Origin: Acidimicrobiia bacterium
Lineage (GTDB): Bacteria; Actinomycetota; Acidimicrobiia; Acidimicrobiales; JANYDT01
NCBI GenBank assembly: GCA_031429095.1
Contig: JANOYY010000013.1
Location: 13,719-77,718 of the forward strand
Reading direction: 5' to 3'
Length of the DNA stretch: 64,000 nucleotides
In this document: in pieces, positions 18,554-27,784 of the stretch
How the letters are laid out: the number at the start of each line of letters is the position of its first letter
Position numbering within the stretch: the first letter of the stretch is position 1
Notes under the pieces: generated by a model
Told to the model about the DNA's origin: nothing
Seen by the model: the letters and a program-made list of their open reading frames with translations, nothing else
Databases searched by the model: none
Position numbers and translations under genes: made by a program

Positions 18554-18961
18554 ATGCGCTTAGTTGGGGAGTTCGAACAGAGGCTGGACGACAAGGGTCG
18601 CATCGTGCTGCCCTCGGGCTTCCGAGCTGATCTCGAACACACGAAATTGATCGTGGCCCTTGGTGACTTCGGCGAACTCGGGGTATGGCCCGAAGCGGAA
18701 TGGGATACCCGCGCAGCTGCCAAACAGGCCAAAGAACACGAGAGCCCCGATGACGCTCGAGCGTTTCGTGAATTCACGAGGAACGCGCATGAGATCAAAC
18801 TCGACGGCCAATTCCGATTCGCGGTGTCGGAGAATCTACGTCGCAAGGGTGGGTTCACCTTGGGCACGTCGCAGCCGTTGTACGTCATTGGTGCGAGGAA
18901 CCGTTTGGAGATCTGGGAAAAGTCTCGCCACGAGGCCTTCTACGGCGAGGGCGGCGAATGA
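18554..18961 (+). CDS. mraZ: Transcriptional regulator MraZ
   Basis: GEFEQRLDDKGRIVLPSGFR and a second DGQFRFAVSENLR SpoVT/AbrB-like repeat. Confidence 0.93.
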   Translation: MRLVGEFEQRLDDKGRIVLPSGFRADLEHTKLIVALGDFGELGVWPEAEWDTRAAAKQAKEHESPDDARAFREFTRNAHEIKLDGQFRFAVSENLRRKGGFTLGTSQPLYVIGARNRLEIWEKSRHEAFYGEGGE

Positions 18962-20109
18962 ATGTCGCACTCGTTGAAATACCTGGTCACGCCGTCCAGA
19001 CCTTCGTGCGCGACACAGGCGATGGGCGCGCCATGACCTTCACCGACGAATCCTTCCACCACGTTCCCGTTCTTCGCGACGAGGTACTCGATGCGTTCTC
19101 GACCGTCCCGGCGGGGGTGATCATCGACGCCACCTGTGGTGGCGCGGGTCACGCATCGGCCCTCCTGGACTCACGCGCCGACCTCGCGCTCATCGGGCTT
19201 GATCGCGACCAAGCGGCGGTTGAAGTCGCAAGGCAGCGCCTCAGCCGATTCGGCACTCGCGCTTCGGTGCATCACCTCCGATTCGATCACCTCCGCGATG
19301 TCGTGACTGCGCGAACCGCAATCACCGGCGTGCTCTTCGACCTTGGCGTCAGCTCCGCGCAGTTCGACATCGGCGAGCGCGGCTTCTCCTACCGCTTCGA
19401 CGCCCCGCTCGATATGCGGATGGATACCTCCGGCGGTCCAACGGCCGCCGAGATCGTCAACAGCTCGACACCTGCCGAACTGCGCCACGTCATCTCGAAG
19501 TACGGTGACGAACGCTTTGCCGATCGCATCGCACGGGCGATCGTTGCAAAACGGCCCGTGCTCACCACCGGACAGCTCGCCCAGATCGTCACCGAGGCCA
19601 TACCAGCTGCGACCCGTCGAACCGGTGGCCACCCCGCGAAGCGGACCTTCCAGGCATTGCGGATCGAAGTCAACGACGAACTTCGTGTGCTTGCCCCCGC
19701 GATCGACGCCGCGATCGACGTGCTTGGCCCCGGCGGGAGAGTCGTCGTGTTGAGCTACCACTCCGGCGAAGACCGGATAGTCAAAGACCGGTTTCGTTTC
19801 GCAGAAACCGGTGGATGTTCGTGCCCCTCCGACTTGCCGTGTGTTTGCGGCGCCCTTCCCCGGGGTCGGATGGTGCGACGAGGCGTGTTACGCGCCACGG
19901 AGGCCGAAAAGGCCCGAAACCCGCGTGCGACAAGCGTTGTCGCCCGCATCTTCGAAAAAGCCGGGGCACCCGGCTCTCCCGGTACGGCGTCGGCGTCGCG
20001 ACATTCTTTGCGCCGCCGCGCCGTGCCGGATTCGAAAGCAGCATTGTCGCTCGCAAACTCAACCACGATCACTTCCCCGATCACCGTGCCTCGCAAGGAA
20101 TCCCGATGA
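18958..20109 (+). CDS. rsmH: 16S rRNA (cytosine1402-N4)-methyltransferase RsmH
   Basis: HVPVL, DATCGGAGH, LDLGVSS..D...RGFS, HSGEDRIVK and NPRA motifs. ATGA overlap with the mraZ stop. Carries a tail of about 50 aa after the NPRA motif. Confidence 0.92.
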   Translation: MNVALVEIPGHAVQTFVRDTGDGRAMTFTDESFHHVPVLRDEVLDAFSTVPAGVIIDATCGGAGHASALLDSRADLALIGLDRDQAAVEVARQRLSRFGTRASVHHLRFDHLRDVVTARTAITGVLFDLGVSSAQFDIGERGFSYRFDAPLDMRMDTSGGPTAAEIVNSSTPAELRHVISKYGDERFADRIARAIVAKRPVLTTGQLAQIVTEAIPAATRRTGGHPAKRTFQALRIEVNDELRVLAPAIDAAIDVLGPGGRVVVLSYHSGEDRIVKDRFRFAETGGCSCPSDLPCVCGALPRGRMVRRGVLRATEAEKARNPRATSVVARIFEKAGAPGSPGTASASRHSLRRRAVPDSKAALSLANSTTITSPITVPRKESR

Positions 20110-21143
20110 CCGTTCGTTCCACACAGTTGCGTCCTTCCCAGCAATCGCGAGGCGCGGAGCGTGCGGTTTCCTTTGCGGAGTCGGCGTCGCGTCGCAGCAC
20201 TTCGCTTGACGCAGCGATCGCCCGATCCCCGGTTTCTCCGGTCGCCTCCTCGATGGTGATCGCGAACCCAAACCGTTCCACGCGCCGCTGGGGCACGGTG
20301 GCAGTTTCCCCGGTGGAGGTTTCCGGCGAGTCGACCAGGACCGCCACAGCCATGACACGAGCCCGATCGGCCCACCCGACGGCGCCGGGTCGAGAAACCG
20401 GCCTCGGGGTCAAAGGCGATCTGGGATCGAATGGTCGTCCGCAGCGGTCTACTCCCGTTCGCTCAAATGTCGTCGCAATGCACCCGAAGTCGACCGAGCA
20501 GCCCACTGGCAAACGCGTCGCAGCCGCACCGCCAGACCCGTTCCACACACAACGTCCGCCTGACCGCACCACTGCGTCGGCGCGTACCTCGAACGTCGGA
20601 ACGCGAACTCTCCCGCAAACCGCATCACGCGAAACCAAATCACGTGAAACCGCCCCTCGAACGCGAAGCGGTGGACCCCCCAGCGCCGCAGGAGCACGAC
20701 TTCTAGTCGTCGGGCCGGAGACTATCGGTGCTACTGCCCTCGCCCCGCAGCCCGAACAACAACCATATTCACGCATACGAAAACCGAGGCAGGTCGGAAA
20801 GGGCGCAGAAACGCAACCGAATCTCCGCGTCGCCCGGCCGCCACGACGCGTTCGCCGACGACTTGTATCGCGTCCTACCACGGCGCTCTTTGCGATCGCA
20901 TTGGTTCTAGCCGGCGCAGTGTCTGCGATCGTGCTCCATGCCGATCTGGCACAAAATCAACTTGTTCTGGACAAACTCCGCGTCGAGGTAGGCGCGGAAG
21001 AACGCACGAACCAGCGCCTTCGGGTCGAAGTTGCCGAACTCGAGGCCCCGGCACGGCTGATCAGCGCCGCTACTGAACTGGGGCTCGTTTCAGCCGAGCG
21101 GGTTGACTACACACCAGTCGACTCGACAACGAACGGGCGATGA
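20106..21143 (+). CDS. ftsL: FtsL-like septation protein (single TM plus coiled coil) with a long basic N-terminal region
   Basis: C-terminal TTALFAIALVLAGAVSAIVL TM followed by LDKLRVEVGAEERTNQRLRVEVAELEAPARL. The position between rsmH and ftsI is canonical. The start is assigned from the ATGA overlap at 20106, but an internal start is possible. Confidence 0.6.
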   Translation: MTVRSTQLRPSQQSRGAERAVSFAESASRRSTSLDAAIARSPVSPVASSMVIANPNRSTRRWGTVAVSPVEVSGESTRTATAMTRARSAHPTAPGRETGLGVKGDLGSNGRPQRSTPVRSNVVAMHPKSTEQPTGKRVAAAPPDPFHTQRPPDRTTASARTSNVGTRTLPQTASRETKSRETAPRTRSGGPPSAAGARLLVVGPETIGATALAPQPEQQPYSRIRKPRQVGKGAETQPNLRVARPPRRVRRRLVSRPTTALFAIALVLAGAVSAIVLHADLAQNQLVLDKLRVEVGAEERTNQRLRVEVAELEAPARLISAATELGLVSAERVDYTPVDSTTNGR

Positions 21144-23959
21144 GGGTGCGCAGGACCTACCGATCTTGCGGCGCGAGCGGACCGCGGCCAGCGTGGTCAC
21201 CTGAGCAGGCGCTCCAAAAAGCGCTCCGCGATCCCCGACGCGCCCCCCAACGCGATCCGCGACGTGATCCGAGACGTGATCCGAGACGCGATCCCCAACG
21301 GCCCTCCCGGGTGGCCCGCCGAACGCCTTCGATTCCAACGTCACCACGCGCGCGGGAATCTCGTCGAGTAGCTGCGTCCAAGAAACCCCTGCCGAAGGGC
21401 AAGATTGCCGGCACCAGGGTTCAGTCCGGCCGTACGCCGCTGTCGCGATCATTGCGCCCAAGCGGTGGGCCGGGCGCTGCACCGTGGTTCGTAGGAAACG
21501 CACGACGGCTGCGATTCATGACCCTGGCCTGGATAGCGCTCTTCATCGTGGTGTTCGTGCAGATGGCTTCGCTTCAGCTCCGCAACCCCGAAACGACGGC
21601 GGTCCGAGTCAGTCGACAGCGCATCCACGCCACCCGGATCGCAGCTGAGCGAGGAGACCTGATCGACCGATCCGGGATACCTCTCGCGATATCGGTACGG
21701 GAGTGGAGGTTGGTCGCTGATCCGATGGTTATCGCGGCGAGTAAGGCCGTCGAATCGCATTCGAAAAACATCGGAAGCCGTTTGGGTGTGGACCCGGCCG
21801 TGATCGAGAAGCGCCTGAGGCGAGCAGGCCGCTATTCGATCGTGGCTCGTGGACTTGATGAGTCGAAAGCGAATGCCTTTCGACGCGGAGCAGGCCGACT
21901 CGACGGTATTGCGGTCGAGGAGGAACCACGGCGTGTGTACCCTGCCGGAGATTTGGCCCGCAGCCTCCTCGGGTCAGTGCGCCGATCGGACCAAGTTGGT
22001 GTTTCCGGGATGGAGCTGAAGTTCGACTCGCTCCTCCAAGGGCGCGAGGGAGAAATGAAGGTCGAGCGCGATTTGAAGGGTGGGCAAATCCCAACAGCTC
22101 CAGGTCTCGTGCGACCGGCCAAACGGGGCTCGTCATACCAATTGACGGTCGACAGATCGCTGCAATACAGCGCCGAGGGAATACTTGCTCAGGCGATCAA
22201 ATTGACCGGCGCCGAGACCGGAATCGTCATGATCTCCAACGTCGGATCCGGTGAAATTCTCGCTGTCGTAAACATGACCGTTGCTGAGAACGGATCCATC
22301 GTGAATACCGGTCGCAACTGCGCGTTTGTTTGCTCCTACGAACTCGGCAGCGTCAACAAGGCGGTAACGATTGCTGCAGCGCTCGAAGAAAAGGTTGTCA
22401 GCCCGACTTCACGGGTTATCGTCCCCGACCGTCTCCAAATGTGGGACAAGCGGTTCAAGGATGATGAAAACCATCCGACGATGTCATGGACGCCTGGCGA
22501 TATCTTGGTCAAGTCATCGAACATCGGAACGATCAAGATTGCGAAGATGCTGGGGCGCGATCGTCTGAACGCGTACCTTCGTTCTTTCGGTCTGGGATCA
22601 AAAACGTCCGTGGAGTTTCCGGGTGAGTCCGCCGGAATTCTCCCCAAGCCGTCGAAGTGGTCTGGGACGTCGATCGGCACCATCTCGATCGGGCAGGGCA
22701 TTGCGAGCACCCCCGCCCAGATGCTCGAGGCGTACAACACCATTGCGAACGGTGGTCTTCGGGTGCCGCTGCGTTTGCTGCGTGCGACCGTTGATGCGCA
22801 AGGCCGAACACACGAGATTGCGGCGAGCACCCCGAAACGAGTCGTCTCTGCAAATACAGCAGCATCGCTTACTACCATGCTCACCGATGTCGTTCGCAGT
22901 GGAACGGGGCAGGCTGCATCTTTCGACGGCTACACCGTGGCCGGGAAAACAGGAACGGCTCAGAAACCCGATGAGACGGGCGGATATTCGAAGACGAAGT
23001 ACGTGGCGACCTTCGCCGGATTCTTCCCGGCCGAACGCCCCGTACTGAGCGCAATCGTCGTTCTCGATGAACCGAAGTCCTCGATCTACGGATCCCATGT
23101 CGCCGCACCGTTGTTTTCCGAAATCGGCCGGATGGCAGCAGCGTACGAAAGGGTCCAGCCGAGTCCGGGTCGCCTCGCTCTGACCCGCCCCGAGCTTCCG
23201 AAGAACGACCGTTCCTTGGCGTATCAGCGGACGGTACTTCGCAGTGGTGCCCTGACCTTGGGGCCGGCGACCCCGGTCGAGCTTGCGCAGTCGGCGGTCG
23301 GATCCGTTCGTCTTCTGAATGACTCTGCGACGGTATTTGCTGGTGCTGCGACTCCGTCGTCTGTTCCCCAGCGAGTGGCAATCATCGATCCGTCGACCGG
23401 GAAGATCATCGTCGGTCAGGTCGCGACGCCAGCCGCAGTGTCGGCCGGTCAAGGTTCCTCCGAGGCCAACGTCGCCCCAACGATCGCGCCAACCCTTTCG
23501 ACCCCCAGCCGTTACGTTGCGCCGATCATAAACGGCATCCCCGATCTTAGCAAGCGCGCATATGATCTGAAAGATCGTCCTCGTGCGGTATCGGCCAGAA
23601 TGACTTTGGCACCGGGCGCTACCGAACACAACGGGCTGCATGCTCCTCCTCCCGGTTCGGCGGTTGAAGCGGAGGCGCGCTTGGCGCCAGTTCGCGGCGC
23701 CAAGGCGAGGGTGGCATCGGGTGACAAAGCAGCAACGACCGAAAAGGTTGCCAAGAAAGTTAGTGCCGAACAGCCGGTTGTCTCGACGCCGACGCCGAAG
23801 GCGCGTTCGACGGGGCCCACCGACGATGCCCCGATAGCGACGTTGAAACCAGTACTCCGCGTGAGCGCAGATACGCGAACCGATTCAGCAGACTCACCAT
23901 CGGGAGACGATGATGTGGTTGCGGTCGCGCGTCCCCCGGCAACGGTTGTCGAGTCATGA
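21140..23959 (+). CDS. ftsI: Class B penicillin-binding protein FtsI with N- and C-terminal extensions
   Basis: SVNK (SxxK), SSN and KTGT transpeptidase motifs with a PBP dimerisation region. ATGA overlaps on both sides. Confidence 0.9.
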   Translation: MRVRRTYRSCGASGPRPAWSPEQALQKALRDPRRAPQRDPRRDPRRDPRRDPQRPSRVARRTPSIPTSPRARESRRVAASKKPLPKGKIAGTRVQSGRTPLSRSLRPSGGPGAAPWFVGNARRLRFMTLAWIALFIVVFVQMASLQLRNPETTAVRVSRQRIHATRIAAERGDLIDRSGIPLAISVREWRLVADPMVIAASKAVESHSKNIGSRLGVDPAVIEKRLRRAGRYSIVARGLDESKANAFRRGAGRLDGIAVEEEPRRVYPAGDLARSLLGSVRRSDQVGVSGMELKFDSLLQGREGEMKVERDLKGGQIPTAPGLVRPAKRGSSYQLTVDRSLQYSAEGILAQAIKLTGAETGIVMISNVGSGEILAVVNMTVAENGSIVNTGRNCAFVCSYELGSVNKAVTIAAALEEKVVSPTSRVIVPDRLQMWDKRFKDDENHPTMSWTPGDILVKSSNIGTIKIAKMLGRDRLNAYLRSFGLGSKTSVEFPGESAGILPKPSKWSGTSIGTISIGQGIASTPAQMLEAYNTIANGGLRVPLRLLRATVDAQGRTHEIAASTPKRVVSANTAASLTTMLTDVVRSGTGQAASFDGYTVAGKTGTAQKPDETGGYSKTKYVATFAGFFPAERPVLSAIVVLDEPKSSIYGSHVAAPLFSEIGRMAAAYERVQPSPGRLALTRPELPKNDRSLAYQRTVLRSGALTLGPATPVELAQSAVGSVRLLNDSATVFAGAATPSSVPQRVAIIDPSTGKIIVGQVATPAAVSAGQGSSEANVAPTIAPTLSTPSRYVAPIINGIPDLSKRAYDLKDRPRAVSARMTLAPGATEHNGLHAPPPGSAVEAEARLAPVRGAKARVASGDKAATTEKVAKKVSAEQPVVSTPTPKARSTGPTDDAPIATLKPVLRVSADTRTDSADSPSGDDDVVAVARPPATVVES
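21227..21298. repeat. 12-bp imperfect tandem repeat x6 (cgcgatccSSRa), encoding RDPR/RAPQ/RDPQ units
   Basis: Read directly. Gives RDPRRAPQRDPRRDPRRDPRRDPQ in the ftsI frame. Confidence 0.85.
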
Positions 23960-25407
23960 CCGAATTGCCTCCGCGCTCATCTTGTTCGGTCATTGAGTTG
24001 GTCTCGGCAGTTGAACAGCGATTCGGCAAACTGGTCCTCGATATCGTGGGCGAACAATCTGCCCTCATCACCTCGATAACGCACAACTCAGCGTCGGTCG
24101 GCCCCAATTCGATATTCGTATGCGTACGTGGCTCATCGAGCAACGGACACGACTACGCGTCCGATGCCGTGTCGCGAGGAGCCTCGTGCCTTCTCGTCGA
24201 CCATTTCATTGATGGCCTCGACCCGGTCACTCAGATCGTTGTCAAGGACACACGTGCGGAAATGGGCCGGTTCGCGGCAGGCGTCTACGGCTTTCCCGCT
24301 GACCGGCTGACTCTTATCGGAGTCACCGGAACGAACGGTAAGACGACGACCGCGCACACCATCGAGTCGATCGTGCGCGGTGCCGGGCGCCACGTCGAGG
24401 TGATCGGAACGCTCACCCAAAAGCGAACCACTCCTGAGGCCACTGACATTCATGAGCGGCTCGCCGTGCTGGCCCAGAGCGGGTGTGAATTCGTGGTCAT
24501 GGAGGTCACCTCGCACGCACTCGACCTTCATCGCGTGCGCGGACTTCATTTTGCCGTGGCCGTATTCACGAATCTTTCCCAGGACCACCTCGACTTCCAC
24601 GGAACGATCGAGGCGTACTTCAGGTCGAAAGCGAAGCTTTTCACCGCGGAGTTCTCCGACCGAGCCATTGTCAACGGAGACGATAGATACGGGAGATTGC
24701 TCTTCGACAGTGCCGAGATTCCAACGGAGACGGTTTCATTGAGCGCGGTGGATGATCTGCGTCTCGGATCGCGCGGGTCAACCTATCGATGGAATGGGCA
24801 GCATTTCGCGGTTCCAATTGCGGGAGCGTTCAACGTAATGAACGCACTTCAAGCTTCGTCGGTTGCGCGCCTGCTCGGTATTGGATGGGACTCGATTGTC
24901 GCCGGTATCTCCGCCGTGCGGGTGCCCGGACGATTTGAACCCGTCGACGCCGGGCAGCCCTTCGCCGTCTACGTCGATTTTGCCCATACCCCGGACGGGC
25001 TGGAGCGAGTTCTCGGGGCAGCGCGTGAGACTGCTGGCAGTGGACGACTGATCAGTGTGTTCGGATGCGGTGGGGACCGCGATCGAGCCAAGCGTCCACT
25101 CATGGGAGAAATCGGCGTCCGTCTGAGCGATGTCGCCTATTTCACTTCCGACAATCCGCGTTCGGAAGAGATTGAAACTATTTTGAACGACATGCTCCTG
25201 GGAGTGTCCGAGCGCCAGAACGTCCGGGTAGTTCCGGATCGTCGGATGGCTATCGAATCGGCGCTTCGAGATGCCCATCCGGGAGACGTTGTCGTGATTG
25301 CGGGAAAGGGCCATGAGCAGGGCCAGGTGTCCGCCGGCATTGTCACCCCCTTTGACGACCGCAACGTTGCGCGTGAGATCCTTCGCGATCTGGGCTGGGT
25401 GGCATGA
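23956..25407 (+). CDS. murE: UDP-N-acetylmuramoyl-L-alanyl-D-glutamate--2,6-diaminopimelate ligase
   Basis: GVTGTNGKTTT, DNPRSE and GKGHE motifs. Confidence 0.93.
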   Translation: MTELPPRSSCSVIELVSAVEQRFGKLVLDIVGEQSALITSITHNSASVGPNSIFVCVRGSSSNGHDYASDAVSRGASCLLVDHFIDGLDPVTQIVVKDTRAEMGRFAAGVYGFPADRLTLIGVTGTNGKTTTAHTIESIVRGAGRHVEVIGTLTQKRTTPEATDIHERLAVLAQSGCEFVVMEVTSHALDLHRVRGLHFAVAVFTNLSQDHLDFHGTIEAYFRSKAKLFTAEFSDRAIVNGDDRYGRLLFDSAEIPTETVSLSAVDDLRLGSRGSTYRWNGQHFAVPIAGAFNVMNALQASSVARLLGIGWDSIVAGISAVRVPGRFEPVDAGQPFAVYVDFAHTPDGLERVLGAARETAGSGRLISVFGCGGDRDRAKRPLMGEIGVRLSDVAYFTSDNPRSEEIETILNDMLLGVSERQNVRVVPDRRMAIESALRDAHPGDVVVIAGKGHEQGQVSAGIVTPFDDRNVAREILRDLGWVA

Positions 25408-26750
25408 AGCTGACGCTCGGTGACATCGCTGACCATGTCGGCGGATCGTTGAACTCGGCTTCTGCCAGATCCATCGAAGTCGATGGTGCGTCTATCGACT
25501 CTCGCAGCATATTGCCGGGGCAACTTTTCGTGCCGATTGTCGCCGAACGAGATGGTCATGAGTACATCGAATCGGCAAGGCAACGCGGTGCAAATGCGTG
25601 GTTTGTCGCCGTTGGGAAACCTGCATCTTCAGATCAACGCTCGGTCGTGGTGCCCGACACAACGACTGCGTTGCAACAATTGAGTGGACTTGTGCGTCGC
25701 CGCCTTCCGGATCGAATTGCGGGGGTGACGGGATCCGTTGGGAAGACGTCAACAAAAGACCTGCTCGGCGCTGTCTTGCGCGAACGAGCCCCTGCAATGG
25801 TGAGCGCCAAGTCGTTCAACAACGAACTCGGCGTCCCACTCACACTGTTGAATGCTCCTGATGATTGCTGGGCAGGGGTCGTCGAGATGGGTGCCCGCGG
25901 ACCCGGTCACATTCGATTCCTCTGCGAGTTCGCGCGCCCAACGGTTGGAGTGATTACCAACATCGGCTCGGCGCACCTTGAGTTGTTCGGGAGTCGAGAG
26001 GTGATCGCGGACTCGAAGAGCGAATTGATTGCCGGCCTTCCTTCACACGGGGTTGCTGTGTTGAACTTCGACTCCGATCTCTACGCGCGCATGGTTGATC
26101 ATGCCTCGACGACTATCGTGTCGTTCTCCGCAACCGGTAACACCGCAGCCTCTGTGTACGCAACTGATGTTCGCCTCAACAGCGAACTGCGAGCATCCTT
26201 CATCGTTCATACGCCCGACGCCCGCTTCGAGGTTGCGCTGGGCGCCCGAGGCCTGCATCAGGTGGCGAACGCATTGGCAGCCTCGATCGCAGCTCGTGCG
26301 TTCGGATCGACGATTGAAGAAATCAAAGCCGGGCTGGCGACATCGGAACTTTCGCCTCTTCGAATGGATCTTGTTCGACTTCCGTCCGGTACCCGCGTCC
26401 TCAACGACACGTACAATGCCAATCCGGTATCGATGCGGGCAGCGCTCGATAGTCTCGCCCAGATGAACGCCAGCCGTCGTTTCGCGTTTCTCGGTCCAAT
26501 GGCTGAACTCGGCCCGGATCGCAATGCCCTCCACCTCGAAGTCGCAGAGCACGGTCGAGACCTTGGGCTCGAAGGGATCGTTAGTGTGGGGGAGCCGGCC
26601 TACGGAACGACCAACGTTGAGGACATCGACGCTGCAATCGCGCTCTGCGCTGAGCTTGCCCTTGGACCCGAAGACGTCGTGCTGGTCAAAGGGTCGCGTG
26701 TTGCTGAGCTCGAACGTCTCGTTCAAAAACTTCTTGAAGGTCCAAGATGA
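25404..26750 (+). CDS. murF: UDP-N-acetylmuramoyl-tripeptide--D-alanyl-D-alanine ligase
   Basis: GVTGSVGKTSTK, NDTYNANP and VKGSR motifs. Confidence 0.93.
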   Translation: MKLTLGDIADHVGGSLNSASARSIEVDGASIDSRSILPGQLFVPIVAERDGHEYIESARQRGANAWFVAVGKPASSDQRSVVVPDTTTALQQLSGLVRRRLPDRIAGVTGSVGKTSTKDLLGAVLRERAPAMVSAKSFNNELGVPLTLLNAPDDCWAGVVEMGARGPGHIRFLCEFARPTVGVITNIGSAHLELFGSREVIADSKSELIAGLPSHGVAVLNFDSDLYARMVDHASTTIVSFSATGNTAASVYATDVRLNSELRASFIVHTPDARFEVALGARGLHQVANALAASIAARAFGSTIEEIKAGLATSELSPLRMDLVRLPSGTRVLNDTYNANPVSMRAALDSLAQMNASRRFAFLGPMAELGPDRNALHLEVAEHGRDLGLEGIVSVGEPAYGTTNVEDIDAAIALCAELALGPEDVVLVKGSRVAELERLVQKLLEGPR

Positions 26751-27784
26751 CTTCTCTTCTCGTAGCAGCGATCATAAGTATGCTTACTTCACTCCTCGGG
26801 ATGCCGGTGCTCATACGTTGGCTTGCGTCCAAAGGGATTGGTCAGCCGATTCGAAAGGATCTCCACGAGAACCAGCAGAAGAAGAAGGGGACGCCGACGA
26901 TGGGCGGGATCGCGATCGTGCTGGCAGCAGTCGCTGGCTATGTCGTGCCTCACTACGCGACCTCGCTCGCGTTTACCCGCGGCGGCATCCTCATCATGGT
27001 CGCCTTTGTTGGTGCGGCTCTCGTCGGACTGACCGATGATTGGATCAAGGTTACCCGCCAGCGAAGTCTTGGCCTGAACAAACGGGCAAAAGCCGGCGGG
27101 CAATTCCTTGTCGCGATTGCGTTCTCCTTCTTCGCCGTCACCTGGGCCAACGTGCCAATGACCATAGGATTCACCCGTTTTTCGAGCCCTGGTTGGAAAG
27201 TACCTGCGTTGGTTTGGGTCCTCTTCACGATCTTCATCCTGATCGGATTTTCGAATGCAGTGAATCTGACCGACGGTATGGACGGCCTTGCCGCGGGGAG
27301 CTCGATGTACGCATTTTCGGCTTACACCGTCATGGCATTTTGGATGTTTCGACACGCCTCGATTTACCAGGTTCAACAGGCGCTTGATGTCAGCGTTATA
27401 GCGGCATCGATGGTCGGCGCCTGTGCCGGGTTTCTCTGGTGGAACGCCGCCCCGGCCCGAATCTTCATGGGCGACGTCGGTTCCCTGGCCATTGGGAGTG
27501 CCTTTGGTGCGATGGCGATGATCACATCGACACCGCTGCTGCTCCCGATCATCGGTGGCCTCTTCGTGGTCGAAACAGTCTCGGTCATGATTCAAATCTT
27601 CACCTTCCGGCTCATGGGAAAGCGACGACTGTTTCGAATGGCTCCGATTCACCACCACTTTGAACTGGGCGGATGGCCTGAAACCACGGTGATCATCCGG
27701 TTCTGGATTATCGGCATGATCACTGCATCTATAGGTCTTGGAATCTTCTATGCGGACTTTCTTTCAATCGGAGGCGTTGACTAA
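26747..27784 (+). CDS. mraY: Phospho-N-acetylmuramoyl-pentapeptide transferase
   Basis: KKGTPTMGG, NAVNLTDGMDGLA and APIHHHFE motifs. Confidence 0.95.
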   Translation: MTSLLVAAIISMLTSLLGMPVLIRWLASKGIGQPIRKDLHENQQKKKGTPTMGGIAIVLAAVAGYVVPHYATSLAFTRGGILIMVAFVGAALVGLTDDWIKVTRQRSLGLNKRAKAGGQFLVAIAFSFFAVTWANVPMTIGFTRFSSPGWKVPALVWVLFTIFILIGFSNAVNLTDGMDGLAAGSSMYAFSAYTVMAFWMFRHASIYQVQQALDVSVIAASMVGACAGFLWWNAAPARIFMGDVGSLAIGSAFGAMAMITSTPLLLPIIGGLFVVETVSVMIQIFTFRLMGKRRLFRMAPIHHHFELGGWPETTVIIRFWIIGMITASIGLGIFYADFLSIGGVD

